Shown piece by piece: positions 55,457-64,000 of a DNA stretch of 64,000 bases. Source of the DNA: Rhodomicrobium sp. Lineage in GTDB: Bacteria > Pseudomonadota > Alphaproteobacteria > Rhizobiales > Rhodomicrobiaceae. The stretch covers positions 1,624 to 65,623 of the forward strand of contig JBKQQS010000019.1 in assembly GCA_052144215.1 (NCBI GenBank), read 5' to 3'. Both the position numbers and the translations under genes were made by a program. The notes beneath the pieces were generated by a model. The model saw nothing but the letters and a program-made list of their open reading frames with translations. It was not told where the DNA came from and did no database searches. The first letter of the stretch is position 1; each line of letters begins with the position of its first letter.

Positions 55457-55639
55457 TCACAAAAGATGTGTTCTCTCAAGGGGATAGATAAGGCCGCCGT
55501 CCGAGATTCCCCCGAGGCCAATAACCAAGGTGATGTCCTTCAACGTGCCATATTCAATTAGCTTCGGCGCCGCGTAAGCCTCTTTCCCACCGTTTTTCGC
55601 GGAGTCAGTCTGAGACGCTGTATTCTGTGAATTCGCCAT
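55457..55639 (-). CDS. Lasso peptide precursor (A), 60 aa
   Basis: AAAGGGGG RBS. Leader YAAPKLIEYGTLKDITL places Tyr at -17, Gly at -8 and Thr at -2. Core VIGLGGISDGGLIYPLERTHLL has Asp9. Confidence 0.9.
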   Translation of the reverse strand: MANSQNTASQTDSAKNGGKEAYAAPKLIEYGTLKDITLVIGLGGISDGGLIYPLERTHLL

Positions 55640-56075
55640 AGCCGTAACCCCCTTTATGCTGACATGCTCAACCTTTGCGAGCATAGTGTTTAAGACTTAG
55701 AACAGCTAGGTCAAGCGAAATCGGCGGGTTGCGGCATAGCGTCTCTAACATCGCTCTGGCGGTGGCGCGCCGCGATTAAGGCCGTCTCTATTCGGAGAAG
55801 CTCGCTGAGCTACCGATCTGGCCTCTCCTCCCGGTTGCATCATTGCTGACCATGCGATCGCCACCGGCCGGCAGAGCAAAGGAAGGTCCTGCGCGCACCG
55901 GGCTTCATCGTGCGCTAGCGCCACAACCATCGCGAGTATCCTTGACGGGCTTGTCACGTTAGGCGATACAAGCTGGAACGTGGCTTTGAAAAATGCAAGG
56001 TATCATCGGAAAAGCTCGAAGCTTAAGGGGGGCCTGGCATGGGCGAAGCGCTCTTTTCTCTCGTTGGCCGGCCAA

Positions 56076-57029
56076 ATGTTTAACTACGATGTCTACGGCG
56101 TAACCCTTAAAAGCGAGATTAAGCTAGCGCTTCCTGAGGGGCCTCGGGAGACTTGGAACGAGGCGGTCTCTTCTCCTTCCAACGCGGTTGTGAGGATCGT
56201 CGCCGCGGAAGCGGACGATTTTGCGATGGCCCCGGAACATCTTGCGTCCCCATCCGAGGATTGGATTCATCATAGCGTCCTTGAGAGCGGCGCTCTGTAT
56301 TTGCGCTGGCGGGATTGGTTCGAATTTGTTGTGGCCGCGGATGGCAGCAGTGTCGCGTGCCGCAACCTGAGCTGCACGCCGCTCGAATCTTTCGAGGCCT
56401 ATTTGGTCAATTTCGCGGTCACCGCGGCATTGATCCAACAAGGCGAAGAACCGTTACACGCGACCGTCGTCGAGATCGGCGGACGCGGCATCGGTTTACT
56501 TGGGTCGAGTGGCGCCGGCAAGTCGACGCTCGCTGCGTTTCTGACCGGCAAAGGCGCCGATGTCGTTACAGACGACATGCTGCGCATCACATTCCGGGGG
56601 CAAACCGCTATCGCACACCCAGGACCCTATCGTCTCAAGCTGTTTCCAGATCCAGCTTCGCGGTTCCTACCGGACGCCCAGAGCCGCGGCCGTTGGAGCC
56701 CGCTCGGCAAGAAACTGATCTACGATTTGGGAGAGGTCCGAAGACACCGGGCCCCGTGCCGCCTCTCCGCGCTCTACCATCTTTGCTTGCCGGCCGGGCC
56801 GCGGAACGATGAGATCAAGCTCGAGAAACTTGCCGGCACCGATTCGTTCAGAACGATCTTGGCTTCAACAATGAATGCTCGCTTGCATACGCCGTCGCGG
56901 CTCGAACGTCAGTTCCGTTTCGCCGAGCGCGTGGCCAGCGTGCTGCCCGTTTGCCGTCTGTCTTATCCGAGGCGGTTCGACGCCTTCGCGGAGGTCGCGG
57001 ACATGATCGATGGGTCGGCTCCAAAGTGA
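56076..57029 (+). CDS. HPr-kinase-like kinase of the lasso cluster
   Basis: LHATVV, Walker A GSSGAGKST and TDD motifs; stop overlaps the B2 start (GTGA). An upstream in-frame start at 55980 is possible. Confidence 0.85.
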   Translation: MFNYDVYGVTLKSEIKLALPEGPRETWNEAVSSPSNAVVRIVAAEADDFAMAPEHLASPSEDWIHHSVLESGALYLRWRDWFEFVVAADGSSVACRNLSCTPLESFEAYLVNFAVTAALIQQGEEPLHATVVEIGGRGIGLLGSSGAGKSTLAAFLTGKGADVVTDDMLRITFRGQTAIAHPGPYRLKLFPDPASRFLPDAQSRGRWSPLGKKLIYDLGEVRRHRAPCRLSALYHLCLPAGPRNDEIKLEKLAGTDSFRTILASTMNARLHTPSRLERQFRFAERVASVLPVCRLSYPRRFDAFAEVADMIDGSAPK

Positions 57030-57469
57030 CAAATTGGATGGCGCCCAAAGGATTGACGTTCCGGCATTATTCCTGGTTCGTGAGGGCCTGGTTCACCTTG
57101 GCGGAGTGCCGGCTTCGATTGGCGTGTCAGACATTCGGAGCCGTGCGCGGCTGGGCAGCGCGGCAAGGCCGCGGTACGGCGCGTGCGAAGACGCTGGCGT
57201 GGTCTGTCGAAGCGGCTGCAAAGCGGCAGAGAGGAGCAACATGTCTTGTTAAGGCGCTCGCATTGCAGCGATTGCTTTCGAGAAACGGGCATCAATCGGA
57301 ATTGCGAATAGGCGTCGGCAAGGCGGATGGGACGTTCAGGGCCCATGCATGGCTCGTCTCTGACCGCGTAACCTTGATAGGGGGACGAGAAGAAGACGAT
57401 TTCAAGCTCCTTGCCGCCTGGCCCACCTCCAGCGAACGTAGTGCCGATAAAGGAACAAGGTCTCCATGA
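57026..57469 (+). CDS. Lasso leader peptidase (B2, transglutaminase-like)
   Basis: Catalytic Cys (ATCLVKALAL), LRIGV and His (FRAHAWL). Confidence 0.92.
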   Translation: MTNWMAPKGLTFRHYSWFVRAWFTLAECRLRLACQTFGAVRGWAARQGRGTARAKTLAWSVEAAAKRQRGATCLVKALALQRLLSRNGHQSELRIGVGKADGTFRAHAWLVSDRVTLIGGREEDDFKLLAAWPTSSERSADKGTRSP

Positions 57470-59226
57470 GCTTCAAAGTCGTTTTCAACCGCGACGGTGC
57501 GCCCATCGGCACCGGCGGGTGCGAGGCGGAATACGGAAGGGGTCAAAAAGTCCTCGGGGCCTCGAAACAGGTATTGTTCACCTGGTCCAGCGCGAAGGAC
57601 GGCCCGCCCATCCAACAGGCAAGCTCTCCCGGCGGCCAGGTCTTCATCGTGGGCCGGATTCGCCTCGATGCCCGCGGAGATTTGGCGGCCCGATTAGGCG
57701 CCAGCGATAAAGTGAGCGACGCGCAATTGTGCCTTCTGGCCTATGCGAAGTGGGATGAGCGCTTTAGCGATCGCATATCGGGGGATTTTTGTTTCGCGAT
57801 CTGGGACGAGGCCCGGCAGACCTTGTTGTGCATGCGCGATCACCTGGGCGTGAGGCCACTTTTTTATGCGAAGGCGGGTTCTCAATGGCTGATCGGTGAC
57901 GATCTCGCCAGCGTCGTCCCGGAGCCCCAAATGGGCTGCGAACTCGACGCGTTCTGGATTGCTGACTTTCTAACCATTGGTTTTTCTATCGACTTTGAGC
58001 GCACCGTCTACCGCCACATTCAGCGGCTACCGCCTGCGCATGTCCTTGTGTTGTCTGCCACAAGCGAAGCGGTGCAAAAATACTGGTCGCTCGATATTCC
58101 ACAGCCGGTCTACTTTCGCGAGCCAAGAGAATATCTGGAGCAATTTCGCGAGCTCGTATCGCGGGCCATCGTGGACCGCATGCCCAGCGGCCGCGTAGGG
58201 ATTTCGCTCAGCGGCGGTCTCGATTCTTCCACGCTCGCTGCACTGGCAGTGAAGGCTGCCGGCGATCCGGCCCGGGTGGTCGCCCAAACCCGCTATTTAT
58301 CCCGCCTCATTCCGGACACCGAAGCTTATTTCAGCGCTCTTGTCGCAAACAAGCTTGGCATCGAGCATGCTCTATTGGAAAGAGATCAAGACTTTCTCGA
58401 TTGGTCCTGCCTTGAGCACACCGGCCAGACGCCAGAGCCGTCGCTCTCGGTTGGAAACACGGAGAGAGGAAAATGCATCGAAAACGAAATGCTGGGTTCC
58501 GCAAAGGTATGGTTCTACGGTGAGGGGCCCGACAATGCTCTCACATTCGAGTGGCGGTCTTATCTGCGCTGGCTCAAAAACAGCCGCAAATGGCCGGAGC
58601 TTGGACATGCTGCTGTACAATATTTTCGTTCTAAGAAAACGCGCGAATGGCTTCAATCCTTACGCTCTCTCCTGGCAATCGCGAACCCAAAGCAAAGCCA
58701 ATTCCGTATCGCGGTGCCATCCTGGCTGGACGGCGATTTAATTAAAAAGGTTGACCTCCACCGGAGAGTTGGCCGGTCATCCGGCGTTAGCACACACCCG
58801 TGGCGGCCTAGAGCCATGGCCTCATTCAATAGCCCGATCTGGCAGTACTTTTTCGAGCGATTAGACCCGGTCCTAGCTGGAACCCGCCTCGATTGGCGGC
58901 ATCCGTACTTAGATCTGCGAGTTCTGAAGTTTTTGCTCGCGGTTCCGCCAATTCCATGGGGGCGCAGAAAGCTGCTCATGCGTCAATCTATGCGCGGTTA
59001 TCTTCCGGCGGAAATTCTGACCAGAGACAAAACGCCGCTGCAGGGAGAGCCGTTCGCGGCGGCGTTTGAAGAGACGGCACGCCCATCGCTGACACCAGGA
59101 CAAACGATCTTGGACTTTGTGGATCTTGCAAGAATTCCGGTCAACCCGGCAACGCCATTCGAGAAGGAGGCGCTGCTCAGGGTTTACGCACTCAATCGGT
59201 GGCTGGGATCGCATGGATATCGCTGA
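57466..59226 (+). CDS. Lasso cyclase (C, asparagine-synthetase-like)
   Basis: GDFCFAIWD...RDHLGVRPLFY, ATP motif SLSGGLDSS, HPYLDLRV and RDKTP; ATGA overlap with B2. Confidence 0.93.
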   Translation: MSFKVVFNRDGAPIGTGGCEAEYGRGQKVLGASKQVLFTWSSAKDGPPIQQASSPGGQVFIVGRIRLDARGDLAARLGASDKVSDAQLCLLAYAKWDERFSDRISGDFCFAIWDEARQTLLCMRDHLGVRPLFYAKAGSQWLIGDDLASVVPEPQMGCELDAFWIADFLTIGFSIDFERTVYRHIQRLPPAHVLVLSATSEAVQKYWSLDIPQPVYFREPREYLEQFRELVSRAIVDRMPSGRVGISLSGGLDSSTLAALAVKAAGDPARVVAQTRYLSRLIPDTEAYFSALVANKLGIEHALLERDQDFLDWSCLEHTGQTPEPSLSVGNTERGKCIENEMLGSAKVWFYGEGPDNALTFEWRSYLRWLKNSRKWPELGHAAVQYFRSKKTREWLQSLRSLLAIANPKQSQFRIAVPSWLDGDLIKKVDLHRRVGRSSGVSTHPWRPRAMASFNSPIWQYFFERLDPVLAGTRLDWRHPYLDLRVLKFLLAVPPIPWGRRKLLMRQSMRGYLPAEILTRDKTPLQGEPFAAAFEETARPSLTPGQTILDFVDLARIPVNPATPFEKEALLRVYALNRWLGSHGYR

Positions 59227-60370
59227 CATGCCTCCTGAAATCGAGTTACTTTGCTGCCTGACGCGTCCGGATGCAGACTATAAACGGGTATTGGAACTAA
59301 CAGCGCCTGGGTTCGATTGGACGCGGGTCTTTAGTTTAGCGGCAATGCATGGGGTAAGACCACACCTGCTACACGCTCTCCGGAGTCCGCAATGCAGCGT
59401 TGAGGCAAGTGAAATCAAAGAAAAACTTGAACGATTTGAATGGGCGCAAGCTGCACGAAACCTCACCTTCACAAGGGAATTACTGAGGATCGCCGATAAG
59501 CTCGACTCGCGTGGAATACCTTTTGCGACTTTCAAGGGAGCTACACTTGCCCTGACGCTCTACGGCGGCCTCGCCCGGCGCGAATTCAACGATATCGATC
59601 TCATCGTGCGTCATGCCGATATGCCGGCTGCCGAAGAAGCTCTGCAATCTTGCGGCTATAGAGCAATGTTTGGCGCTGCGCACTATCGCAGTGCCTTCCT
59701 CGCCTATCAACAACAGCATATGTTTGTAAACGATGACTCAAGCATTGGGATCGACCTCCATTGGGGTTTCGCCCCAAAAGGCATACCGTTTCCAATCCAC
59801 GCGGGCACGATATGGGGAAACCTTGAAACTGTGCAGATTGGTGGACGTCAAATTCCAACCCTCGGGCGAGACGATCTTGCAATCTTACTCGCCGGACATG
59901 GAACAAAGGAAAGGTGGCGGTCTCTTGACTGGATATGTGACTTTGCCTTCTTTTACGATAGCCACACTGAAATCGATTGGAGCGCACTCATTGCGCGTGC
60001 AAGGCGGATCCGGTGTGAGAGGCCAATTTTGTTGGGGTGCACGTTGATTTCCGAACTCATGGGAATTAGCGTAAATCCGAAAATCCTTCAAAGCGCAAGG
60101 AGCGAGCCATCTATCCAAGCTCTGGTCCGTTCGATTGTTACGGGACTCAGCGCTTCAAGCATCGAGGCAGACGCGGTTGCGGCTGGCAATCGTGTTGACT
60201 TCGTCCTTTGCGAGACCTCGATCCAGAAGTTGAACGTTCTTCTCCGTCTTTGCTTCATTCCAACCGTTGGCGATTACGAGACTATGCCTATTCCGCGTTC
60301 CTTGTGGCCGCTTTACCATGTCACGAGACCCTTCCGCCTTGCACGCAAGCTTTTATCGGGAAGTATTTGA
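59213..60370 (+). CDS. Nucleotidyltransferase (NTP_transf_5-like)
   Basis: TFKGATLALTLYG...REFNDIDLIV (G...D-x-D) and IDLHW motifs; overlaps the cyclase stop. Confidence 0.88.
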   Translation: MDIADMPPEIELLCCLTRPDADYKRVLELTAPGFDWTRVFSLAAMHGVRPHLLHALRSPQCSVEASEIKEKLERFEWAQAARNLTFTRELLRIADKLDSRGIPFATFKGATLALTLYGGLARREFNDIDLIVRHADMPAAEEALQSCGYRAMFGAAHYRSAFLAYQQQHMFVNDDSSIGIDLHWGFAPKGIPFPIHAGTIWGNLETVQIGGRQIPTLGRDDLAILLAGHGTKERWRSLDWICDFAFFYDSHTEIDWSALIARARRIRCERPILLGCTLISELMGISVNPKILQSARSEPSIQALVRSIVTGLSASSIEADAVAAGNRVDFVLCETSIQKLNVLLRLCFIPTVGDYETMPIPRSLWPLYHVTRPFRLARKLLSGSI

Positions 60371-60423
60371 GAGCGCCTCTTTGAGGCATTTGCAACCGAT
60401 AAACCGTTGGCCGGTTCTGGCCG

Positions 60424-62268
60424 TTAGTTGCCCGGTTCCCGATGCCTGTCGAACAGCTCGCCCGGCATGGCATCGGCGTTTTGCTGTCCGCTTAGCAGAT
60501 TGCCTTTCCCGCCAATGGCACTGCGGGGCGGCCCAATGTTTACGGCATATCCGCCTTCCAGCAAGATGAGTTGGTCCATCCATGCGATGGACGGCGCGCG
60601 GTGCGCGATCATGACAATCGTTACCTGGCCCAAGAGATCGCGCAAGGCGGCGATGATCTCGCGTTCGTCGACAGGGTTCAAGGCATTTGTGGCCTCGTCG
60701 AGAATGAGCAGTGAGGGTTTGCGAAGCAGGGCGCTCGCAATTCGCAGCCTTTGCCGCTCACCGCCCGACAGGCGCACGCCGCGGTCGCCAGCCATGGTCT
60801 CGAGGCCCAAGGGTAGCCCCCGCACGAGCGGCACTGCATGCGCGAGATCGAGACAACGCCATATGTCGGCTTCGCTGGCTCCGCGGGCCCCGATGAGCAG
60901 GTTGGCCCGGATCGTATCGTGAAAAAGCGGTGCGTCCTGCGGCACATAGGTGACGCTGGCACGCCAGTGAGGCCGCGAATGCTCATCGATAGGCGCTCCG
61001 TCGATCAGCAGCGCACCACTGGTGGGTGCCAGCAGCCCAGCGATCAGATCGGCGAGCGTCGATTTGCCGGCGCCGGACAACCCAACAATCCCGATCGCCT
61101 TTCCGGCAGGCAGCTCCAACGAGACACGGTGAAGTGTCCACTCGCCGGACTGCTCCGGATATCTGAAGCTCACGTCACGCAACTCAATCCCGCGGCGCAG
61201 CGCGATTGGCACGATTGTCTCGGGCAACGCTTCCTCGGCAGCGCGTGCTCTCGCCTCTATGGTGCGCAGCGCATCGTACTCGGCCAAGGCGCTCCCCAGC
61301 CCCTGCAATCCAGACAAAAAATTGATGGCTAGCGGTAGCAAGCGGGAGAAGATCGCGATGAGGAGGATCAACTCAAGGCTCGATGCCCGGAAGATCCTAA
61401 GGCTCGCATAGACGAACAGGACAAGGATTAAAGCGGCGGCGGTTTCCTGCACCAGCGTGGCGCGCGCGCCGTTCTCGCGTGCGGCAACCACCGCACCTTG
61501 AAAGGAACCCGAGATCACGGAGAAGTCTCGCTCGAGTTCCCGTTCTATCGCGAAAGCCTTGGCGAGCTTCAGCCCGTCCATGCGCGCGGCAAGCACGTCG
61601 TAAAGGCCTCTCATGGCACGCACAGTTTCTGTACCCCGCTGATACGCCCGTCTTTGAAAGATGAGCAGCGGAGCAGCCAGTACCAGCATCGCGGCCAGCA
61701 CGGCTATGACCAGTGGCGGCGAGGCGGCGAACGCGACACCGAGCCCGGCCAAGATTGTCAGCACGGACGCGGTTAGCCCGAAAATGGCAAAGGCTGCGCT
61801 TTCGACGCTGTTTACTTGCATCGTTAGCGCGTAGGTGTCATGCGCCTTTCTGGAGCCCAGGAAATGCAGCCAGCTCGCCCGCGAAAACGTCGTGTAGATC
61901 CTCCGCCGGACATGGTCGACGTAGCCCGCCATGAACTGCGCGGCGAGAACGGTGCTCGCGTAACCAACTGCCGAACGTAGCAGGATGATTACAAAGAAGA
62001 CTGCGAGCACCAGCTCCAGCGTTGGCGTTAGCCCAGTAATCGTCTGAAATTTGATTAGGCTCGCGCGCGCCCAGCCTCCAGTCTCAGAGGATGGTGCGAG
62101 GCCGGCGAATGCCAGCAAAGGGATGAGCAGCACGAAAGTTAGGCCTTCGGTAAAGCTGCGTACCAGCATCAGCAGCACCACCCCGCCCAGCATCCGGGGG
62201 CGGAACCTAACGAGGTCTGAAAGGAAGACCGAGGCCGATGAAAGGACTTGGTGCCGGGTTGCGCTCAC
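60424..62268 (-). CDS. ABC exporter (fused TMD-NBD; lasso D-like)
   Basis: Six-TM N-terminal domain, Walker A GLSGAGKST, signature LSGGERQR, Walker B LILDEAT and H-loop IAHR. Confidence 0.93.
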   Translation of the reverse strand: MSATRHQVLSSASVFLSDLVRFRPRMLGGVVLLMLVRSFTEGLTFVLLIPLLAFAGLAPSSETGGWARASLIKFQTITGLTPTLELVLAVFFVIILLRSAVGYASTVLAAQFMAGYVDHVRRRIYTTFSRASWLHFLGSRKAHDTYALTMQVNSVESAAFAIFGLTASVLTILAGLGVAFAASPPLVIAVLAAMLVLAAPLLIFQRRAYQRGTETVRAMRGLYDVLAARMDGLKLAKAFAIERELERDFSVISGSFQGAVVAARENGARATLVQETAAALILVLFVYASLRIFRASSLELILLIAIFSRLLPLAINFLSGLQGLGSALAEYDALRTIEARARAAEEALPETIVPIALRRGIELRDVSFRYPEQSGEWTLHRVSLELPAGKAIGIVGLSGAGKSTLADLIAGLLAPTSGALLIDGAPIDEHSRPHWRASVTYVPQDAPLFHDTIRANLLIGARGASEADIWRCLDLAHAVPLVRGLPLGLETMAGDRGVRLSGGERQRLRIASALLRKPSLLILDEATNALNPVDEREIIAALRDLLGQVTIVMIAHRAPSIAWMDQLILLEGGYAVNIGPPRSAIGGKGNLLSGQQNADAMPGELFDRHREPGN

Positions 62269-62761
62269 GCCAGATCAGTCTCCGTTTGCTGCAGCTTCGG
62301 TGCTCCGTCAAAGAATGCCCGGCGAAGCCATTAAGCATCCGGCATCGAGCTTCAGGACAGATATAGCCGGAACATCATCAGCCTAACTATGTAGCGGCAT
62401 AAAATGCAATTAGATCTTCCGTTGATCCGCAAGGAGCATAAACAGGACCATTCGGCCAGTAGCCCATGGTTCCGAAAACCATCCTACTGTTGGAAATCAG
62501 GGCCCTGCATTATAACTGCCTGCTCCAAGATATTTTCGAGTGCACGGCATTGGCGCCTCTCCGGAAAGGATCGCTGCCTATCCGCCCTGAGCTTTCGCGA
62601 AGGCTATCACCGGCATAGTTCCGCTTGGCGGCGGAAGCAAGCGGGTAGAGGAGGCCAGCCCCCACCCCATGATCGCGGTAGCAAGCTGACCCGCTAACAC
62701 CCCAGAAAGTCTAGCCAATCTTAGACATAAGCGATTGAAACAGGATGATTTTTGAGGCAGC

Positions 62762-62846
62762 TGGTGGAGGGGGTTGGATTCGAACCAACGTAGGCTTAGC
62801 CAACGGATTTACAGTCCGTCCCCTTTAGCCACTCGGGCACCCCTCC
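62762..62846 (-). tRNA. tRNA-Tyr (GTA)
   Basis: 85 nt: GGAGGGG acceptor, anticodon arm GACGGACTGTAAATCCGTT, long variable arm, GGTTCGAATCC T-loop and encoded CCA. Confidence 0.97.
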
Positions 62847-62934
62847 AGGCAGGAAAGCGCGAAAAATCGCGAGCGAGATATTTAGCCGCTAACGGCCGCC
62901 GTGTCACTCCAAAATCCGCGGTGCGGCATTCCTA

Positions 62935-64000
62935 TCAAGAGACGGAGCGCGTTGCAATAGTTTGAGCATCGAGCGAGCGGGCGGCGGCGATCAAGGCTTG
63001 GCCCAGCGAAATGCCGCCGTCGTTTGCCGGGAAAGAGGCCGGCGCCAGCACCTTCAGGTTCAGCCCCGCAAGCCGTTCGCTTACCCCTTCGAGCAGAATC
63101 TTGTTCTGGAAGACGCCTCCCGTGAGGACGGCCGCCTCGCAGCCATGGGCCTCAGCGAGGCCGTGAGCGGTCGCAGCCACAATTTCGATGAGGCCCCGAT
63201 GAAAGCGCGCGGCGATGATGGCGCGATCGATACCGGCGGCGAGGTCTTTCAGAATCCCCGTCCAAAGCGGCGTCCAATCGAGCCGCACTGGGTCGCCAGG
63301 CACCAAGGCCGCGCCATAGCCCTCGCGGGTTTCTGCCATCGCGTCTTGCGCGAGCGCCTCCAGCTCAATCGCCGCCTGCCCTTCGTAGGACGCGGCGTCG
63401 AAGCAAAGCCCCAGTGCCGCCGCGACCGCATCGAAAAGCCTGCCCGCCGAGGACGAGAGCGGCGAATTGATGCTGCGCTCCATCATGCGAAGGCAGGTTT
63501 CGAAAGGCTTTTCTTTCAGGCGCCGTACTGCCTCAAGGCTAGCGTAGCCCTCGCGGACGGCCTCCCATCCCAAAAAAGTGTGAAGATGGCCAAGCGTATT
63601 GCGCCAGGGCTCGCGCATGGCTTTGGCGCCCCCGATCAAGGGGACCGGCGCGAAATGAGCGAGCCGGCGATAGCTCCCGTAGTCCGCGAGCAGAAACTCG
63701 CCGCCCCACAGCTCGCCATCCTCGCTGAGGCCGAGGCCGTCGAGCGCAATGCCGATGACGGGCGGGGCCGGAACCGGCACGCCGTGCTCGCCAAGTGCCG
63801 CGGCAATATGGGCATGATGATGCTGCACTGTGACCGGGGAAATGCCGGCATCCTCCGCGAGGGCTAGGCCCCATTTCGTGGAGATGTAATCGGGATGGGC
63901 ATCCACCGCGACAACCTGCGGCTCGAAGCGGAAGAGGTTCTTATAAAGCTCTAAGTTCCGCCGGTAATCGGAATGCGTTGCCACTTCCTCCAGGTCGCCC
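62935..64000 (-). CDS. hypF: Hydrogenase maturation carbamoyltransferase HypF, C-terminal part (start outside the window)
   Basis: DAHPDY, VQHHHAH, ALDGLG, SSAGRLFDAVA, TGGVFQN and PANDGGISLGQA motifs. Confidence 0.95.
   Translation of the reverse strand, partial: GDLEEVATHSDYRRNLELYKNLFRFEPQVVAVDAHPDYISTKWGLALAEDAGISPVTVQHHHAHIAAALGEHGVPVPAPPVIGIALDGLGLSEDGELWGGEFLLADYGSYRRLAHFAPVPLIGGAKAMREPWRNTLGHLHTFLGWEAVREGYASLEAVRRLKEKPFETCLRMMERSINSPLSSSAGRLFDAVAAALGLCFDAASYEGQAAIELEALAQDAMAETREGYGAALVPGDPVRLDWTPLWTGILKDLAAGIDRAIIAARFHRGLIEIVAATAHGLAEAHGCEAAVLTGGVFQNKILLEGVSERLAGLNLKVLAPASFPANDGGISLGQALIAAARSLDAQTIATRSVS

Noticed and set aside
54696-62753. Imperfect inverted similarity between 54696-54722 and 62721-62753 flanking the lasso cluster
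   Set aside because: Needs about six gaps in 33 nt around an AATCGCT core; too weak to call terminal repeats.

Overview
GC-rich alphaproteobacterial chromosome segment, most likely Hyphomicrobiales (Rhodomicrobium/Hyphomicrobium-like; an inference from gene content and synteny). Most of it is core or metabolic genes: relA/spoT (5'-truncated), pyrE, pdxJ, acpS, a glycine riboswitch with gcvT-H-PA-PB, two methylmalonyl-CoA mutase subunits and meaB, carB-greA, lrp/trxB/LysR (VtlR/LsrB-like), ppx, rlmE, glnD, opgD/G, kup, aminopeptidase P, tRNA-Tyr and hypF (5'-truncated). The standout is a lasso-peptide (RiPP) gene cluster at about 54.8-62.3 kb, next to the 3' end of tRNA-Tyr. It encodes an RRE/PqqD (B1), a 60-aa precursor with a canonical leader, an HPr-kinase-like kinase, a B2 peptidase, a lasso cyclase, an NTP_transf_5-like nucleotidyltransferase and an ABC exporter. 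The predicted core (VIGLGGISDGGLIYPLERTHLL) starts with Val and lacks the C-terminal Ser that paeninodin/pseudomycoidin-type kinases modify. Other observations: a ParE-type toxin remnant with an in-frame TAG behind an intact antitoxin; a secreted caspase-fold/WD40 protein with an intact His-Cys dyad; an ECF sigma module between spoT and pyrE; a candidate sRNA downstream of the VtlR-like gene; three families of intergenic palindromic elements; and several small orphan proteins. No CRISPR array, rRNA, integrase or transposase was found. All family assignments come from motif recognition by eye, not database searches.
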